This document shows, piece after piece, positions 18,244-27,591 of a stretch of 64,000 nt of DNA. The first letter of the stretch is position 1; every line of letters begins with the position of its first letter. The stretch covers positions 18,464 through 82,463 of the forward strand of contig JAAXXG010000004.1 of the NCBI GenBank assembly GCA_013334575.1. Reading direction: 5' to 3'. Made by a program: the position numbers and the translations under genes. The notes beneath the pieces were generated by a model that saw only the letters and a program-made list of their open reading frames with translations, made no database searches and was not told where the DNA came from. This DNA is from Candidatus Moraniibacteriota bacterium. Lineage in GTDB: Bacteria; Patescibacteriota; Minisyncoccia; Moranbacterales; UBA1568.

Positions 18244-19524
18244 ATGGCAGCACGGAAGAAAATGCCCGAACCGGAGCCGAGTCTCTCGGGACGGCTCGGG
18301 GAGTTCGGGAGCGCGATCATGCAGATCGTCGACGAGAAGGGACTTCCCAAGGAGAAGGTTCTCGAGGTCGTCGAGGCGGCGCTCGCCGTCGCGTACAAGC
18401 GCGATTATGGCAAGAAGAGTCAGGTCATTCGCGCGGAGTTCGACGAGGTCGCGAAGACGGCCCGGTTCTTTCTCGTGAAGGAGGTCGTCGACGAGACGAC
18501 TCGCGAGTTCGTCGAGGAAGGGGAGGAATCCGAGGACGAGGAGGCCGAGGCTCCGGTGACTGAGCCGGTCGCGGAAGGCGAGACGGCCGAAGATGGTGAG
18601 GAGAAGCTTTCCCGGTACAATCCGGAGCGCGACCTGACGCTTCCGGACGCGCAGCTTATCAAGCCGGACGCGAAGGTCGGCGACGTGATCGAGACGGAAC
18701 TTCCGGCGCACGAGGACTTCGGCCGCGTGGCGGCACAGACTGCCAAGCAGGTCGTCATTCAGCGTCTCCGCGAGGCGGAGCGCCAGGTCATGTACGAGGA
18801 GTACAAGGATCACGAGGGCGAAGTCGTCAACGGCATCGTCCAGCGCATCGAGGGCCGCAACGTCTACGTCGACCTCGGTAAGTCGGTCGGTATCCTGTTC
18901 CCGTCGGAGCAGGTGGAGGGCGAGCTCTATCGGATCGGGCAGCATCTCAAGGTGTATCTCGTCCGCGTCGAGGCGGAATCGAAGGGTCCCGGGCTCGTAC
19001 TGTCCCGTTCGCATCCCGAGATGATCCGACACCTGTTTACGCTCGAGGTTCCCGAGATCTCGCTCGGGACCGTCGAGATCAAGGCGATTGCCCGCGAGGC
19101 GGGATCCCGTACGAAGATCGCGGTGTCCGCGAATCAGGAAGGCGTCGATCCGATCGGTTCCTGTGTCGGTCAGCGCGGTACTCGTGTTCAGGCCGTGATC
19201 GACGAACTCGGCGGCGAGAAGGTCGACATCATCGAGTGGAACGAGGATCTGCCGAAGTTCGTGACCGCGGCGATGAGCCCGGCCAAGGTCGTGTCGGTCG
19301 ACATCGTCGAGGACGAGGCCGAAGGCCGTCGGGCCAAGGTGGTCGTTCCCGAGGATCAGCTCTCACTCGCCATCGGGAAGCGCGGACAGAACGTCCGCCT
19401 CGCGGCGAAGCTTGTCGGATTGCGTATCGACGTGTCCGGGACGGGCGCGACCGCCATCGAGGCGGAGCCGGCCCAGGAAGAGCCGGTCGAGGCGGGCGGG
19501 GACGACATGACGGCTGCCGCATAG
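18244..19524 (+). CDS. nusA: transcription termination/antitermination factor NusA
   Basis: NusA N-terminal domain (VVEAALAVAYKRDYGKK). S1 domain (GEVVNGIVQRIEGRNVYVDLG). Two KH domains (IKAIAREAGSRTKIAVSANQEGVDPIGSCVGQRGTRVQAV...GEKVDII). Alternative internal starts at 18262 or 18319 are possible. Confidence 0.9.
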   Translation: MAARKKMPEPEPSLSGRLGEFGSAIMQIVDEKGLPKEKVLEVVEAALAVAYKRDYGKKSQVIRAEFDEVAKTARFFLVKEVVDETTREFVEEGEESEDEEAEAPVTEPVAEGETAEDGEEKLSRYNPERDLTLPDAQLIKPDAKVGDVIETELPAHEDFGRVAAQTAKQVVIQRLREAERQVMYEEYKDHEGEVVNGIVQRIEGRNVYVDLGKSVGILFPSEQVEGELYRIGQHLKVYLVRVEAESKGPGLVLSRSHPEMIRHLFTLEVPEISLGTVEIKAIAREAGSRTKIAVSANQEGVDPIGSCVGQRGTRVQAVIDELGGEKVDIIEWNEDLPKFVTAAMSPAKVVSVDIVEDEAEGRRAKVVVPEDQLSLAIGKRGQNVRLAAKLVGLRIDVSGTGATAIEAEPAQEEPVEAGGDDMTAAA

Positions 19525-19573
19525 GCGTCTTTGCGGCAGCGTCCCTATTCTCAAAACGGTTAACGTTTCCAAT

Positions 19574-20116
19574 ATGAACCTCTGGCATGAGATTTCCGAA
19601 GGCGCCAAGGCGCCCGAGGTCGTGAATGTGATCATCGAGTGTCCCAAGGGCACCAAGAACAAGTACGAAATCGACAAGGAGACGGGGCTCATCAAACTCG
19701 ATCGCGCGATGAAGACCGCGCAGGACTATCCGTTCGACTACGGCTTCGTCCCGCGTTCGCTCTGGGAGGACGGCGATCCTCTGGATGTGGTCGTGCTCAC
19801 GACCTATCCGCTCGCGCCCGGCATCCTCGTCGAGGTGCGCCCGGTCGCGGTGATGGGTATGATCGACTGCGGTGAGGGTGACGACAAGATCATCGCCGTC
19901 CCGAAGGACGATCTCCGTTGGGACGACGTGAAGGATCTCAAGGATATAAACCCGCATACGCTCAAGGAGATCCAGCATTTCTTCCAGACGTACAAGTCCA
20001 TCGAAGAAGGCAAAGAGGTCGTCGTGAAGAAGTTCCGCGGGAAGAAGGAGGCCGTCGCGGCCGTGAAGAAGGGGCTTTCGCTCTACGCGAAGAAGTACGG
20101 GAAGAAGAATGACTGA
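19574..20116 (+). CDS. ppa: inorganic pyrophosphatase (family I)
   Basis: 180 aa. Motifs VIIECPKGTKNKYEIDKETG, DYPFDYGFVPRSLWEDGDPLDVVVL. Confidence 0.9.
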   Translation: MNLWHEISEGAKAPEVVNVIIECPKGTKNKYEIDKETGLIKLDRAMKTAQDYPFDYGFVPRSLWEDGDPLDVVVLTTYPLAPGILVEVRPVAVMGMIDCGEGDDKIIAVPKDDLRWDDVKDLKDINPHTLKEIQHFFQTYKSIEEGKEVVVKKFRGKKEAVAAVKKGLSLYAKKYGKKND

Positions 20117-20190
20117 CAACTAACAACCGACAACCGACGACCCGACTTCGTTGTACGTCGCGGGTCGCGTGTTGTGGGTTCGGAATCACT

Positions 20191-21480
20191 ATGGACGTGA
20201 ACGTGAAGAAACTGCCGAAATCGACCGTCGAACTGGCCGTCTCGATCCCGTGGGACGAATGGAAAGGGGAGATCGACCATGCGGCGGCCCATCTTTCGGA
20301 GCAGGTGAAGGTCGAGGGATTCCGCAAGGGGAAGGTCCCGCGCGAGGTGCTGGAGAAGAAGCTCGGAATGTCGACTGTCCTTCTGGAAGGGGCCGAGCAT
20401 GCGATCGACCACCTGTTTCCGCAGGTGCTCCGCGAAGCCGGAGTCGACGGTATCGGCCGCCCGGAAATCAGGCTCGACGACGTGAAGGAGGAAGGCGCGC
20501 TCGAGTTCACCGTGACGGTGGCCGTCATGCCGAAAGCCGGATTGAAAGGATGGTCGAAGGCGGTATCGGCCGTGAACGCCGGGCATGCCAAGGAAGAGGT
20601 CGCGGTTCCGGATGAGGAGGTGGAAAGGGAGCTTGACCGTCTCGCGAAGAGCCGGGCGAAGCTCGTTACCGTCGACCGCGTCGCACGGGAAGGTGACGCG
20701 GTGGAAGTCGACTTCGACGTGACCCGCGGCGGCGTCGCCATCGAGGGAGGCGCCGGCAGAAAGCACCCGATCGTTCTCGGATCGGGTACGTTCATTCCCG
20801 GTTTCGAGGAGCGCGTGATCGGAATGGAACCCGGGACGGAGCAGGCGTTCACGCTGACATTCCCGTCGGAATATCACGAGAAGACGCTGGCCGGGAAGCC
20901 GGCCGAGTTCCGCGTGAAGCTTCTCCTCGTACAGGAGCGGGAGATTCCGGAACTGACCGACGATTTCGCGAAGTCCCTCGGGAGATTCGAGGATCTCGCC
21001 GCGCTTCGGAAGAGCATTTCCGAGGGGATGCTCGCGGAGCGTCGCGAGCAGGCAGCGGAGAAGCGTCGGACCGATATCCTCGAGGCGCTCGTCGGTGAAG
21101 TCGAAGCGGAGCTGCCGGACGTGCTGGTCGAGAACGAGCTCCGTCGGATGATCGGCGAGTTCTCACATCAGGCGTCTATGACCGGACTCTCGCTTTCCGA
21201 CTATCTCGATCGGATCGGGAAGAGCGAGAACGACCTTGCAGCCGAATGGAAACCTCAGGCCGAAAAGCGCGTGCTTTCGCAGCTCGCGCTCGAAGCGATC
21301 GCCGCGGAACGCGAGATCGAGGTCGCGTCCGAGGAGATCGAATCCGAGATGAACAAGGTTCTTGCGTACGTAAAGAGCGTCCGTCAGGCGGAGAAGGATC
21401 TCGATCTTCCGGCGATCTACGCCTCGATCCGTGAGCGTCTCCGGAACGAGAAGGTTTTTGCGCTGCTCGAATCGCTCTGA
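20191..21480 (+). CDS. tig: trigger factor
   Basis: 429 aa. Ribosome-binding N-terminal motif (FRKGKVPREVLEKKLG). Central PPIase-like domain. C-terminal arm. Confidence 0.9.
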   Translation: MDVNVKKLPKSTVELAVSIPWDEWKGEIDHAAAHLSEQVKVEGFRKGKVPREVLEKKLGMSTVLLEGAEHAIDHLFPQVLREAGVDGIGRPEIRLDDVKEEGALEFTVTVAVMPKAGLKGWSKAVSAVNAGHAKEEVAVPDEEVERELDRLAKSRAKLVTVDRVAREGDAVEVDFDVTRGGVAIEGGAGRKHPIVLGSGTFIPGFEERVIGMEPGTEQAFTLTFPSEYHEKTLAGKPAEFRVKLLLVQEREIPELTDDFAKSLGRFEDLAALRKSISEGMLAERREQAAEKRRTDILEALVGEVEAELPDVLVENELRRMIGEFSHQASMTGLSLSDYLDRIGKSENDLAAEWKPQAEKRVLSQLALEAIAAEREIEVASEEIESEMNKVLAYVKSVRQAEKDLDLPAIYASIRERLRNEKVFALLESL

Positions 21481-21551
21481 ACCGGGGATGAAAACCGGCG
21501 GGCCGGAGGTCCGTTGTAGGTTTCGGTACCTCCTCCTAACGTTTCCGACCT

Positions 21552-22136
21552 ATGAAGAACCAGCACCTGGTGCCCATGGTCGTCGAGAAGACGAGTCTCG
21601 GCGAGCGGGCCTATGACATCTATTCGCGCCTCCTGCAGGACCGCATCGTGTTTCTCGGTTCGGCAATCGATGATCCGGTGGCCAATACCGTGATCGCGGA
21701 ACTCCTGTTTCTTGATTCGCAGAATTCAAAGGAGGATATCCGGCTTTATGTCAATTCGCCCGGCGGATCGGTCACGGCCGCGCTTGCGATCTACGATACG
21801 ATGCAGCACGTAAAGGCGCCGGTCTCGACGATCTGCGTCGGTATGGCGGCCTCGGCCGCGGCGCTCCTTCTGGCTTCCGGCGCGAAGGGGAAGCGGCTCG
21901 CGCTTCCGAACAGCGAAGTGATGATCCATCAGGTGCTTGGCGGCGCGGAAGGGCAGGCGACCGAGGTGGAGATTCACGCGAGGCATATCCTCAGGACGCG
22001 GGACCGGCTCAATCGGATCCTCGCGAAGCACACCGGACAGAAGCTCGGGAAGATCGAGAAGGATACCGAACGTGATTACTTCATGACCGCCGACGAGGCG
22101 AAAGCCTATGGTATCGTGGATAAGGTGATTTCCTGA
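21552..22136 (+). CDS. clpP: ATP-dependent Clp protease proteolytic subunit
   Basis: 194 aa. Classic ClpP blocks ([48 protein letters not shown], catalytic Ser/His/Asp context). Confidence 0.95.
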   Translation: MKNQHLVPMVVEKTSLGERAYDIYSRLLQDRIVFLGSAIDDPVANTVIAELLFLDSQNSKEDIRLYVNSPGGSVTAALAIYDTMQHVKAPVSTICVGMAASAAALLLASGAKGKRLALPNSEVMIHQVLGGAEGQATEVEIHARHILRTRDRLNRILAKHTGQKLGKIEKDTERDYFMTADEAKAYGIVDKVIS

Positions 22137-22165
22137 TCGCCGGTATCCGTGGAAGATCGAAAAAG

Positions 22166-22189
22166 CCCCGAAAGGGGCTTTTTCGATTC
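22166..22189. terminator. bidirectional rho-independent terminator between convergent clpP and gpmI
   Basis: AAAAAGCCCCGAAAGGGGCTTTTT. Confidence 0.55.
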
Positions 22190-22200
22190 CGGCTCCGTCG

Positions 22201-23880
22201 TTATTTCAGGATCGACAGCAGGCTTGAACCGTTCATTTCCGGCGGTTGCGGCAACCCCATGACCTCGAGGATCGTCGGTGCGACATCGGAGAGGAGTCCT
22301 CGGACCTCGTTCTGCTCGCGTACCATCACGGAGGCGTCCTTCTCGCGGTGGTTGTCGGGCGTGATGTACCAGAGGGGGACCGGATTGATCGAATGCTCGG
22401 TGTCCGTCTCGCCGGTCGCCGCCTTCTTGAGTTCTTCGGCGTTCCCGTGGTCGGCGGTGATCATAAGCGCTCCACCGGCTTTCAGGATGGCCGGGATGAC
22501 GAGGGCGAGACATCGGTCGACGGACTGGACCGCCTCGATGGTGGCCTGTTCGTTTCCGGTGTGCGCGACCATGTCCGGGTTCGCGTAGTTGACCAGGATG
22601 AAGTCGTATTTTCCCTCGCTGACCGCGTGGATAAGCGTCTCGGTGATCTCTCCGGAACTCATTTCCGGTACCTCGTCGAATCGTGAGACGATCGGCGAGG
22701 GGATGAGGATCCGATCCTCCTCCGGAAAGGCGCGTTCCTTTCCTCCGTTGAAGAAGTAAGTGACGTGGGCGTACTTTTCGGTCTCGGCGATACGGAGCTG
22801 CTTGCGGCCCGCTTCGGAGATGACTTCCCCGAGGCTGAGCTCGACGGTCTCGGGCGGAAACAGGATTCCCGACACCGGCAGGTCCCGTTCGTATTCGGTC
22901 ATGGTCACGAAATGGATGTCGAGGAACTTCGGACGTTCGAAGTTCTCGAATCCCGGGAGCGTGAAGGCCTTGGTGATCTCGCGCGCCCGGTCCTCGCGGT
23001 AGTTGAAGAAGATGATCGAATCGCCTTCGCGGACGAGCCCGATCGGTTCGTCGTTCTCGCAGACGACGCCGGGTTCTATGAATTCGTCGGTGATTCCCTT
23101 CGCGTAGGACTGTTCGAGATAGAGTGACGGGTCGGTCAGGTGCTCGCCTTTTCCCTCGGTGAGCATCCGGTACGCTTTTTCGATCCGGTCCCAGTTGTTG
23201 TTGCGGTCCATCGCCCAGTTGCGTCCGATGAGCGAGGCGATCCGTCCCGTACCGAGAAGCCGCATTCGTTTTTCGAGTTCCCGTATCTGGACGGTTCCGT
23301 CTGTCGGGGAGGAGTCCCGTCCGTCGGTGAAGATATGGACAAACGTCTCGGAGATGCCTTCGTCGGACGCCGCTTTCAGGATGGCATCGAGATGATCCCT
23401 GTTGGAGTGGACGGAGCCGGAACTTAAGAGTCCCATGACGTGGAGGCGCCCGCCGCGGGATTTGACGTTCTCGATGGCGGCGAGAAGTACCGGGTTGCGC
23501 GAAAAACTCCCGTCCTGGATCGAGAGGGCGATACGCGGAAGGTTCTGGTATATGACGCGCCCGGCTCCGAGAGTCATATGACCGACTTCGCTGTTTCCGA
23601 CCACGTTCCACGGGAGGCCGACCGAGATGCCGGACGCCTGCAGGGTGGTGAGGGGATAGAACCGGTTGAGTTTTTCGAACGTGGGCAGTTTCGCTTCGCG
23701 GATGGGGTTTCCCTGGGTGATATTGCTCACCCCCCAGCCGTCGAGGACCACGAGGACGAACGGTCGGTACACGATCTTTCTGTTATTTTCGGTATAAATC
23801 CGGCTTTTGAAGTATACCACCCGCGATCCCGCTTTGACAAAGCGACCCGCCGAGGCTATGATGAAGCCGCTACTAACCAT
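22201..23880 (-). CDS. gpmI: 2,3-bisphosphoglycerate-independent phosphoglycerate mutase
   Basis: 559 aa. N-terminal PFVLVVLDGWG. Metal-binding and phosphotransferase domain blocks typical of iPGM. Confidence 0.9.
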   Translation of the reverse strand: MVSSGFIIASAGRFVKAGSRVVYFKSRIYTENNRKIVYRPFVLVVLDGWGVSNITQGNPIREAKLPTFEKLNRFYPLTTLQASGISVGLPWNVVGNSEVGHMTLGAGRVIYQNLPRIALSIQDGSFSRNPVLLAAIENVKSRGGRLHVMGLLSSGSVHSNRDHLDAILKAASDEGISETFVHIFTDGRDSSPTDGTVQIRELEKRMRLLGTGRIASLIGRNWAMDRNNNWDRIEKAYRMLTEGKGEHLTDPSLYLEQSYAKGITDEFIEPGVVCENDEPIGLVREGDSIIFFNYREDRAREITKAFTLPGFENFERPKFLDIHFVTMTEYERDLPVSGILFPPETVELSLGEVISEAGRKQLRIAETEKYAHVTYFFNGGKERAFPEEDRILIPSPIVSRFDEVPEMSSGEITETLIHAVSEGKYDFILVNYANPDMVAHTGNEQATIEAVQSVDRCLALVIPAILKAGGALMITADHGNAEELKKAATGETDTEHSINPVPLWYITPDNHREKDASVMVREQNEVRGLLSDVAPTILEVMGLPQPPEMNGSSLLSILK

Positions 23881-24055
23881 TGTACCCCTCTCCTTGCGGC
23901 AGCGACGAACGACTATGAAAGGGATCGGATTTTCACCTATTTCTCAGATTTCTCCGAACGGTTCCGGTGGTTGCCGGACGCCTCTTTCTCGCGTCATGTC
24001 CGCGCGGTCCTAGTCCGCGCGGTCTCGGCGCCGTGCCGGGAGAGCGACACTCCCT

Positions 24056-25582
24056 ATGACCGTATCCATGCTTTTGACCGCCGCCGTCGCGTTGGCGGCC
24101 GGTTCCGTCGCGGGCTATCTCGCCCGTCAGTCCATGGCGAAGACCCGGCTTTCGACGGCCGAGGGACAGGCCGAGAAGATGCTGAAGGAGGCCGAAAAGA
24201 AAGCGGCCGATATCACGCTGGACGCCAAGAACAAGGCGGTCGGCATTCTTGACGAGGCGAAGAAGGAAACGCAGACGAAGGAAGAGGATTTCCGCGAACA
24301 GAAGAAGCGCGTCGAGAAGCGCGAGGAACAGCTCGAGAAGCGGCTCGAGGAGGTGGACCGCGAGAAGCAGAAGCTGCTTTCAAAGGCCGACGAGATCCGA
24401 GGCATCCAGGCGGAGACCGAACGGTTGAGAGGCGAGGAGATCGAGCGGCTCGAGCGGATCGCGAAGCTGTCCAGGGAAGAGGCGGAAAAGGAGATCTTCC
24501 GCGCCGTCGAGGAGGAGAGTCGCGATGTCATCGCGTCCCGTATCGCCAAGCTCGAACGGGAGGGGGAGGATCAGGTCGAAGAGCGGGCGCTCAACCTGAT
24601 GGCAGCCGTCATCCAGAAGTACTCTCGTTCGCACGTATCCGAGTTCACGACGACGACCGTCGCTATCCCGTCCGACGACATCAAGGGGAAGATCATCGGA
24701 AAGGAGGGGCGGAATATCCGCGCCCTCGAGAAGGAGACCGGTGTCGAGCTTATCGTCGATGATACGCCGGAATCCGTCGTCATCTCCGGTTTCGATCCGG
24801 TCCGGCGCGAGGTCGCCCGGGTGGCGCTTGAGAAGCTGATCTCAGACGGGCGCATCCACCCGGCCCGTATAGAGGAGGCCGTCGAGGAGGCTCGAAAGGA
24901 CATCGATCAGAAGATCAAGGAGGCCGGTGAGGCCGCCGCGTTCGAGGCGGGCGTCGCCGGACTTCATCCGAAACTCCTGTATATCCTCGGCCGGCTCCGG
25001 TTCCGGTACAGCTATAAGCAGAACGTCCTCCTGCATTCGCTCGAGGTGTCGTATATCGCCGGGGCACTTGCCTCCGAGCTCGGGGCAAACGTCGCCGTCG
25101 CCAAGAAGGCCGGTCTTCTGCATGACATCGGCAAGGCGGTCGACCACGAGATCGAAGGGACGCATGTCAACATCGGCATCCGCATCCTCGAGAAATTCAA
25201 CGTTCAGAAGGAGGTCATCGATGCGATGAAGAGCCATCATGACGAGTATCCGCAGACGTCCGTCGAAGCGGCGATCGTGACCGCGGCCGATATCATCTCG
25301 GCCGGCCGTCCGGGAGCGCGAAAGGAGACCGCGGAAAAATACCTGAAACGGCTCGAGGAGCTCGAGGCGCTCGTGAATTCGTTTACGGCCGTCGAGAAGT
25401 CCTACGCCATCCAGGCGGGACGCGAAGTCCGCGTGTTCGTGAATCCCGAGAAGACCGATGACCTCGGCGCGACGAAACTGGCGCGCGAGATCGCGGACCG
25501 GATCCAGAACGAGCTCAAGTATCCCGGAGAGATCCGCGTGGTGGTGATGCGCGAGACGCGCGCGATCGAATTCGCCCGATAG
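24056..25582 (+). CDS. rny: ribonuclease Y
   Basis: 508 aa. N-terminal TM helix. Long coiled coil. KH domain (GKIIGKEGRNIRALE). HD domain (LLHDIGKAVDHE). Confidence 0.9.
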   Translation: MTVSMLLTAAVALAAGSVAGYLARQSMAKTRLSTAEGQAEKMLKEAEKKAADITLDAKNKAVGILDEAKKETQTKEEDFREQKKRVEKREEQLEKRLEEVDREKQKLLSKADEIRGIQAETERLRGEEIERLERIAKLSREEAEKEIFRAVEEESRDVIASRIAKLEREGEDQVEERALNLMAAVIQKYSRSHVSEFTTTTVAIPSDDIKGKIIGKEGRNIRALEKETGVELIVDDTPESVVISGFDPVRREVARVALEKLISDGRIHPARIEEAVEEARKDIDQKIKEAGEAAAFEAGVAGLHPKLLYILGRLRFRYSYKQNVLLHSLEVSYIAGALASELGANVAVAKKAGLLHDIGKAVDHEIEGTHVNIGIRILEKFNVQKEVIDAMKSHHDEYPQTSVEAAIVTAADIISAGRPGARKETAEKYLKRLEELEALVNSFTAVEKSYAIQAGREVRVFVNPEKTDDLGATKLAREIADRIQNELKYPGEIRVVVMRETRAIEFAR

Positions 25583-25699
25583 CGTACGGTTGACAGTCCG
25601 ACGTGATTTGCTTTTTTTCAGCCAAAAGGTAGAATGGGACTCGGAGGTAATCCGTAGCCAGCTCCCGGATTTATCCGGGACGAGATCCTAGGAAGGCAG

Positions 25700-25990
25700 G
25701 TGAACACTATGGCAAACGTCAACAAGGACGCACTCGTCGCCGCCATCGTCGGGAAGATCGATCTCTCGAAGAAGGACGTCGAGGCGGTCATCGAGACGAT
25801 GGTCGATGAGATCACCAATTCGCTCCGAAAGGGAGACAAGGTGACCATCACCGGTTTCGGGACCTTCCGTGTCTCCAGCCGTGCGGCTCGCGAGGGAATC
25901 AACCCTCAGACCAAGGCGAAGATCATCATTCCGGCCATGACCGTTCCGAAATTCACCGCCGGGAAGACCCTCAAAGAGGCCGTCAAGTAG
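25700..25990 (+). CDS. hup: HU family DNA-binding protein
   Basis: MANVNKDALVAAIVGK...GFGTFRVSSRAAREGINPQT. HU/IHF fold signature. Alternative start 25709. Confidence 0.9.
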   Translation: MNTMANVNKDALVAAIVGKIDLSKKDVEAVIETMVDEITNSLRKGDKVTITGFGTFRVSSRAAREGINPQTKAKIIIPAMTVPKFTAGKTLKEAVK

Positions 25991-26052
25991 TCGTGTGACG
26001 CGGATCGGTTCCTGCTCGGACCATCCCGTGGAACCCGAACACAAAAGATAGG

Positions 26053-26090
26053 GCAATATCCCGTCCGAAAGGGCGGGATATTGCTTTTTT
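26053..26090 (+). terminator. rho-independent terminator after hup
   Basis: GCAATATCCCG-tccgaaagg-CGGGATATTGC followed by TTTTTT. Confidence 0.5.
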
Positions 26091-26196
26091 CCGGGATGTC
26101 CGTAGACTGGACGAGAAGCGGCTCGATATATCGAAGGATGGATTTTTTCGGAAGCGGCGTCCGGACTTTCGTAGGGAGCCCTTTGTCGAAGTTTAT

Positions 26197-26225
26197 CGGG
26201 ACAGGGTATAGTGGTAGTACGTCTG
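26197..26225 (+). repeat. partial duplicate of the 5' end (acceptor, D-arm and start of anticodon stem) of tRNA-Pro
   Basis: cgggacagggtatagtggtagtacgtctg versus tRNA cgggacatagtatagtggtagtacgtctg. Confidence 0.6.
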
Positions 26226-26241
26226 GGGACAATAACGCTGT

Positions 26242-26312
26242 CGGGACATAGTATAGTGGTAGTACGTCTGCTTTGGGAGCAGATAGTCCCGGTCCGATTC
26301 CGGGTGTCCCGA
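26242..26312 (+). tRNA. tRNA-Pro (anticodon TGG)
   Basis: CGGGACA/TGTCCCG acceptor. D-arm GTAT-AGTGGTA-GTAC. Anticodon stem TCTGC/GCAGA with loop TTTGGGA. T-arm CCCGG-TCCGATT-CCGGG. The T-loop has C at position 55, which is unusual. Confidence 0.7.
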
Positions 26313-26360
26313 CAGCGGGATTGTCCGACGGTCTCCAGGGTCGTCGTCGCTCCGCAGGAG

Positions 26361-26426
26361 AGATAGTCCCGGTCCGCCCGAGCATTCGCCGGGCGTCCGG
26401 CGTATGCCGGACGATTCCGTGTATCC
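26361..26426 (+). repeat. tRNA-Pro-derived fragment (anticodon-stem 3' side to T-loop) interrupted by a two-hairpin insertion
   Basis: AGATAGTCCCGGTCCG, then CCCGAGCATTCGCCGGGCG, then TCCGGCGTATGCCGGACG, then ATTCCG. The first hairpin element is the near-exact reverse-strand equivalent of the insert at the tRNA-Ser locus. Confidence 0.6.
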
Positions 26427-26432
26427 TGACAA

Positions 26433-27227
26433 GTGCCCGAATCGATAATGACGGATAAGGGAATAAGAATAAAATCTATGGATTTCCTGCCGATTTCGTT
26501 GTTGAAGGTCGAGACGGTCGCCGACCGCACGAAGGCGTTCTTCTTCACGAAGCCGGATGGATTCTCGTTCCGCGCGGGGCAGTATGTGATGATCCGGATC
26601 CCGTCGGAGCGACTTGTCGAGCCGGATGTCCGTTCCGGAATGCGTCCGATATCGATCGCGTCGGCACCCGGTGATCGCGAACTGACGTTCGTCATGCGGG
26701 CGGGATCGACCGGATTCAAGAAGACGATGTGGAACCTGGTGCCGGGCGAGACGATAGGAGTCGGTGGGCCGCTCGGGAACGCGACCGTTCCGGATGAAGA
26801 GAGCCGTCCGATCGCGATACTGTGCGGTGGCGTAGGAATCGCGCCGGCACGCTCGATGATTCGCGATGCGGTTTCGAAAGGGGATCGGCGGAAGTTCGTG
26901 TTGTTCTCCTCGAATCGGACCCTTCGGGATGTTCCCTGCCACGAAGAGCTGCTCTCGACGGATCTTCCGGGATATTCGTATGTCTGGACGTTGACGAAAG
27001 CCGAGAATGAGCCGTCTCAAAAGGGTGAGGAACGCGGATACATTACGGCGGAGATGATCGAACGACACTTGCCAGAATGGCGGGAAGCACTCTATTATGT
27101 CATCGGTGCGCCGGCATTCGCCGATTCGATGAAGTCCGTTCTGCTCGGGATGGGCGTTGTGCCGGAAAATGTGCATATGGATCCGTTCGCGGGGCTTACC
27201 GGTTCGGGATCGAAGAATGTCGCGTAA
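26433..27227 (+). CDS. FNR-like oxidoreductase with FAD-binding FR-type and NAD(P)-binding domains
   Basis: RAGQYVMIRIP...RPISIASAP (FAD-binding), GGPLG, and an NAD-binding Rossmann segment. No ferredoxin cysteine cluster. Likely true start near 26478 (MDFLPISL). Confidence 0.7.
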   Translation: MPESIMTDKGIRIKSMDFLPISLLKVETVADRTKAFFFTKPDGFSFRAGQYVMIRIPSERLVEPDVRSGMRPISIASAPGDRELTFVMRAGSTGFKKTMWNLVPGETIGVGGPLGNATVPDEESRPIAILCGGVGIAPARSMIRDAVSKGDRRKFVLFSSNRTLRDVPCHEELLSTDLPGYSYVWTLTKAENEPSQKGEERGYITAEMIERHLPEWREALYYVIGAPAFADSMKSVLLGMGVVPENVHMDPFAGLTGSGSKNVA

Positions 27228-27247
27228 ACCGCCGGGTTTCGCGGGAA

Positions 27248-27319
27248 GCGGGTGTCGTATAGTGGCTATTATATCAGCCTTCCAAGCTGAGGATGTGGGT
27301 TCGATTCCCATCACCCGCT
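27248..27319 (+). tRNA. tRNA-Gly (anticodon TCC)
   Basis: GCGGGTG/CACCCGC acceptor. Anticodon stem TCAGC/GCTGA with loop CTTCCAA. T-arm GTGGG-TTCGATT-CCCAT. Confidence 0.85.
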
Positions 27320-27591
27320 CAGTGCAGACAAAAGAGGCTCCGTGAAGGAGTCTCTTTTGTCTGTTATGAGGCGATGGGAATCGAACGGGCAGAAGCGAGT
27401 CTCCGAGCGTCGATGAATGCGACCGGATAGGAAGCATTCAGCGCTGCCCCGGGCTACGAGGCACCGTCAGGTGCCGAGGACGAAATTCCCATCACCCGCT
27501 CAGTGCAGACAAAAGAGGCTCCGTGAAGGAGTCTCTTTTGTCTGTTATGAGGCGATGGGAATCGAACGGGCAGAAGCGAGTCTCCGAGCGT
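27304..27591 (+). repeat. tandem direct repeat: two 107-nt copies, each carrying the last 16 nt of tRNA-Gly from the T-loop onward plus 91 nt of flank, separated by a 74-nt hairpin-containing spacer
   Basis: Copies at 27304-27410 and 27485-27591, both beginning ATTCCCATCACCCGCTCA. Each contains a terminator-like hairpin GACAAAAGAGGCTCCGTGAAGGAGTCTCTTTTGTC. The spacer ends with GGCACCGTCAGGTGCC GAGGACGAA. Confidence 0.75.

Noticed and set aside
22106-23611. 501-aa minus-strand ORF
   Set aside because: Off-frame overlap of gpmI. Arg/Pro/Gly-rich.
25688-27437. 343-aa and 414-aa minus-strand ORFs spanning the hup to tRNA-Pro to FNR region
   Set aside because: They run antisense through a tRNA gene and intergenic hairpins. 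Arg/Ser/Pro-rich. Not coding.
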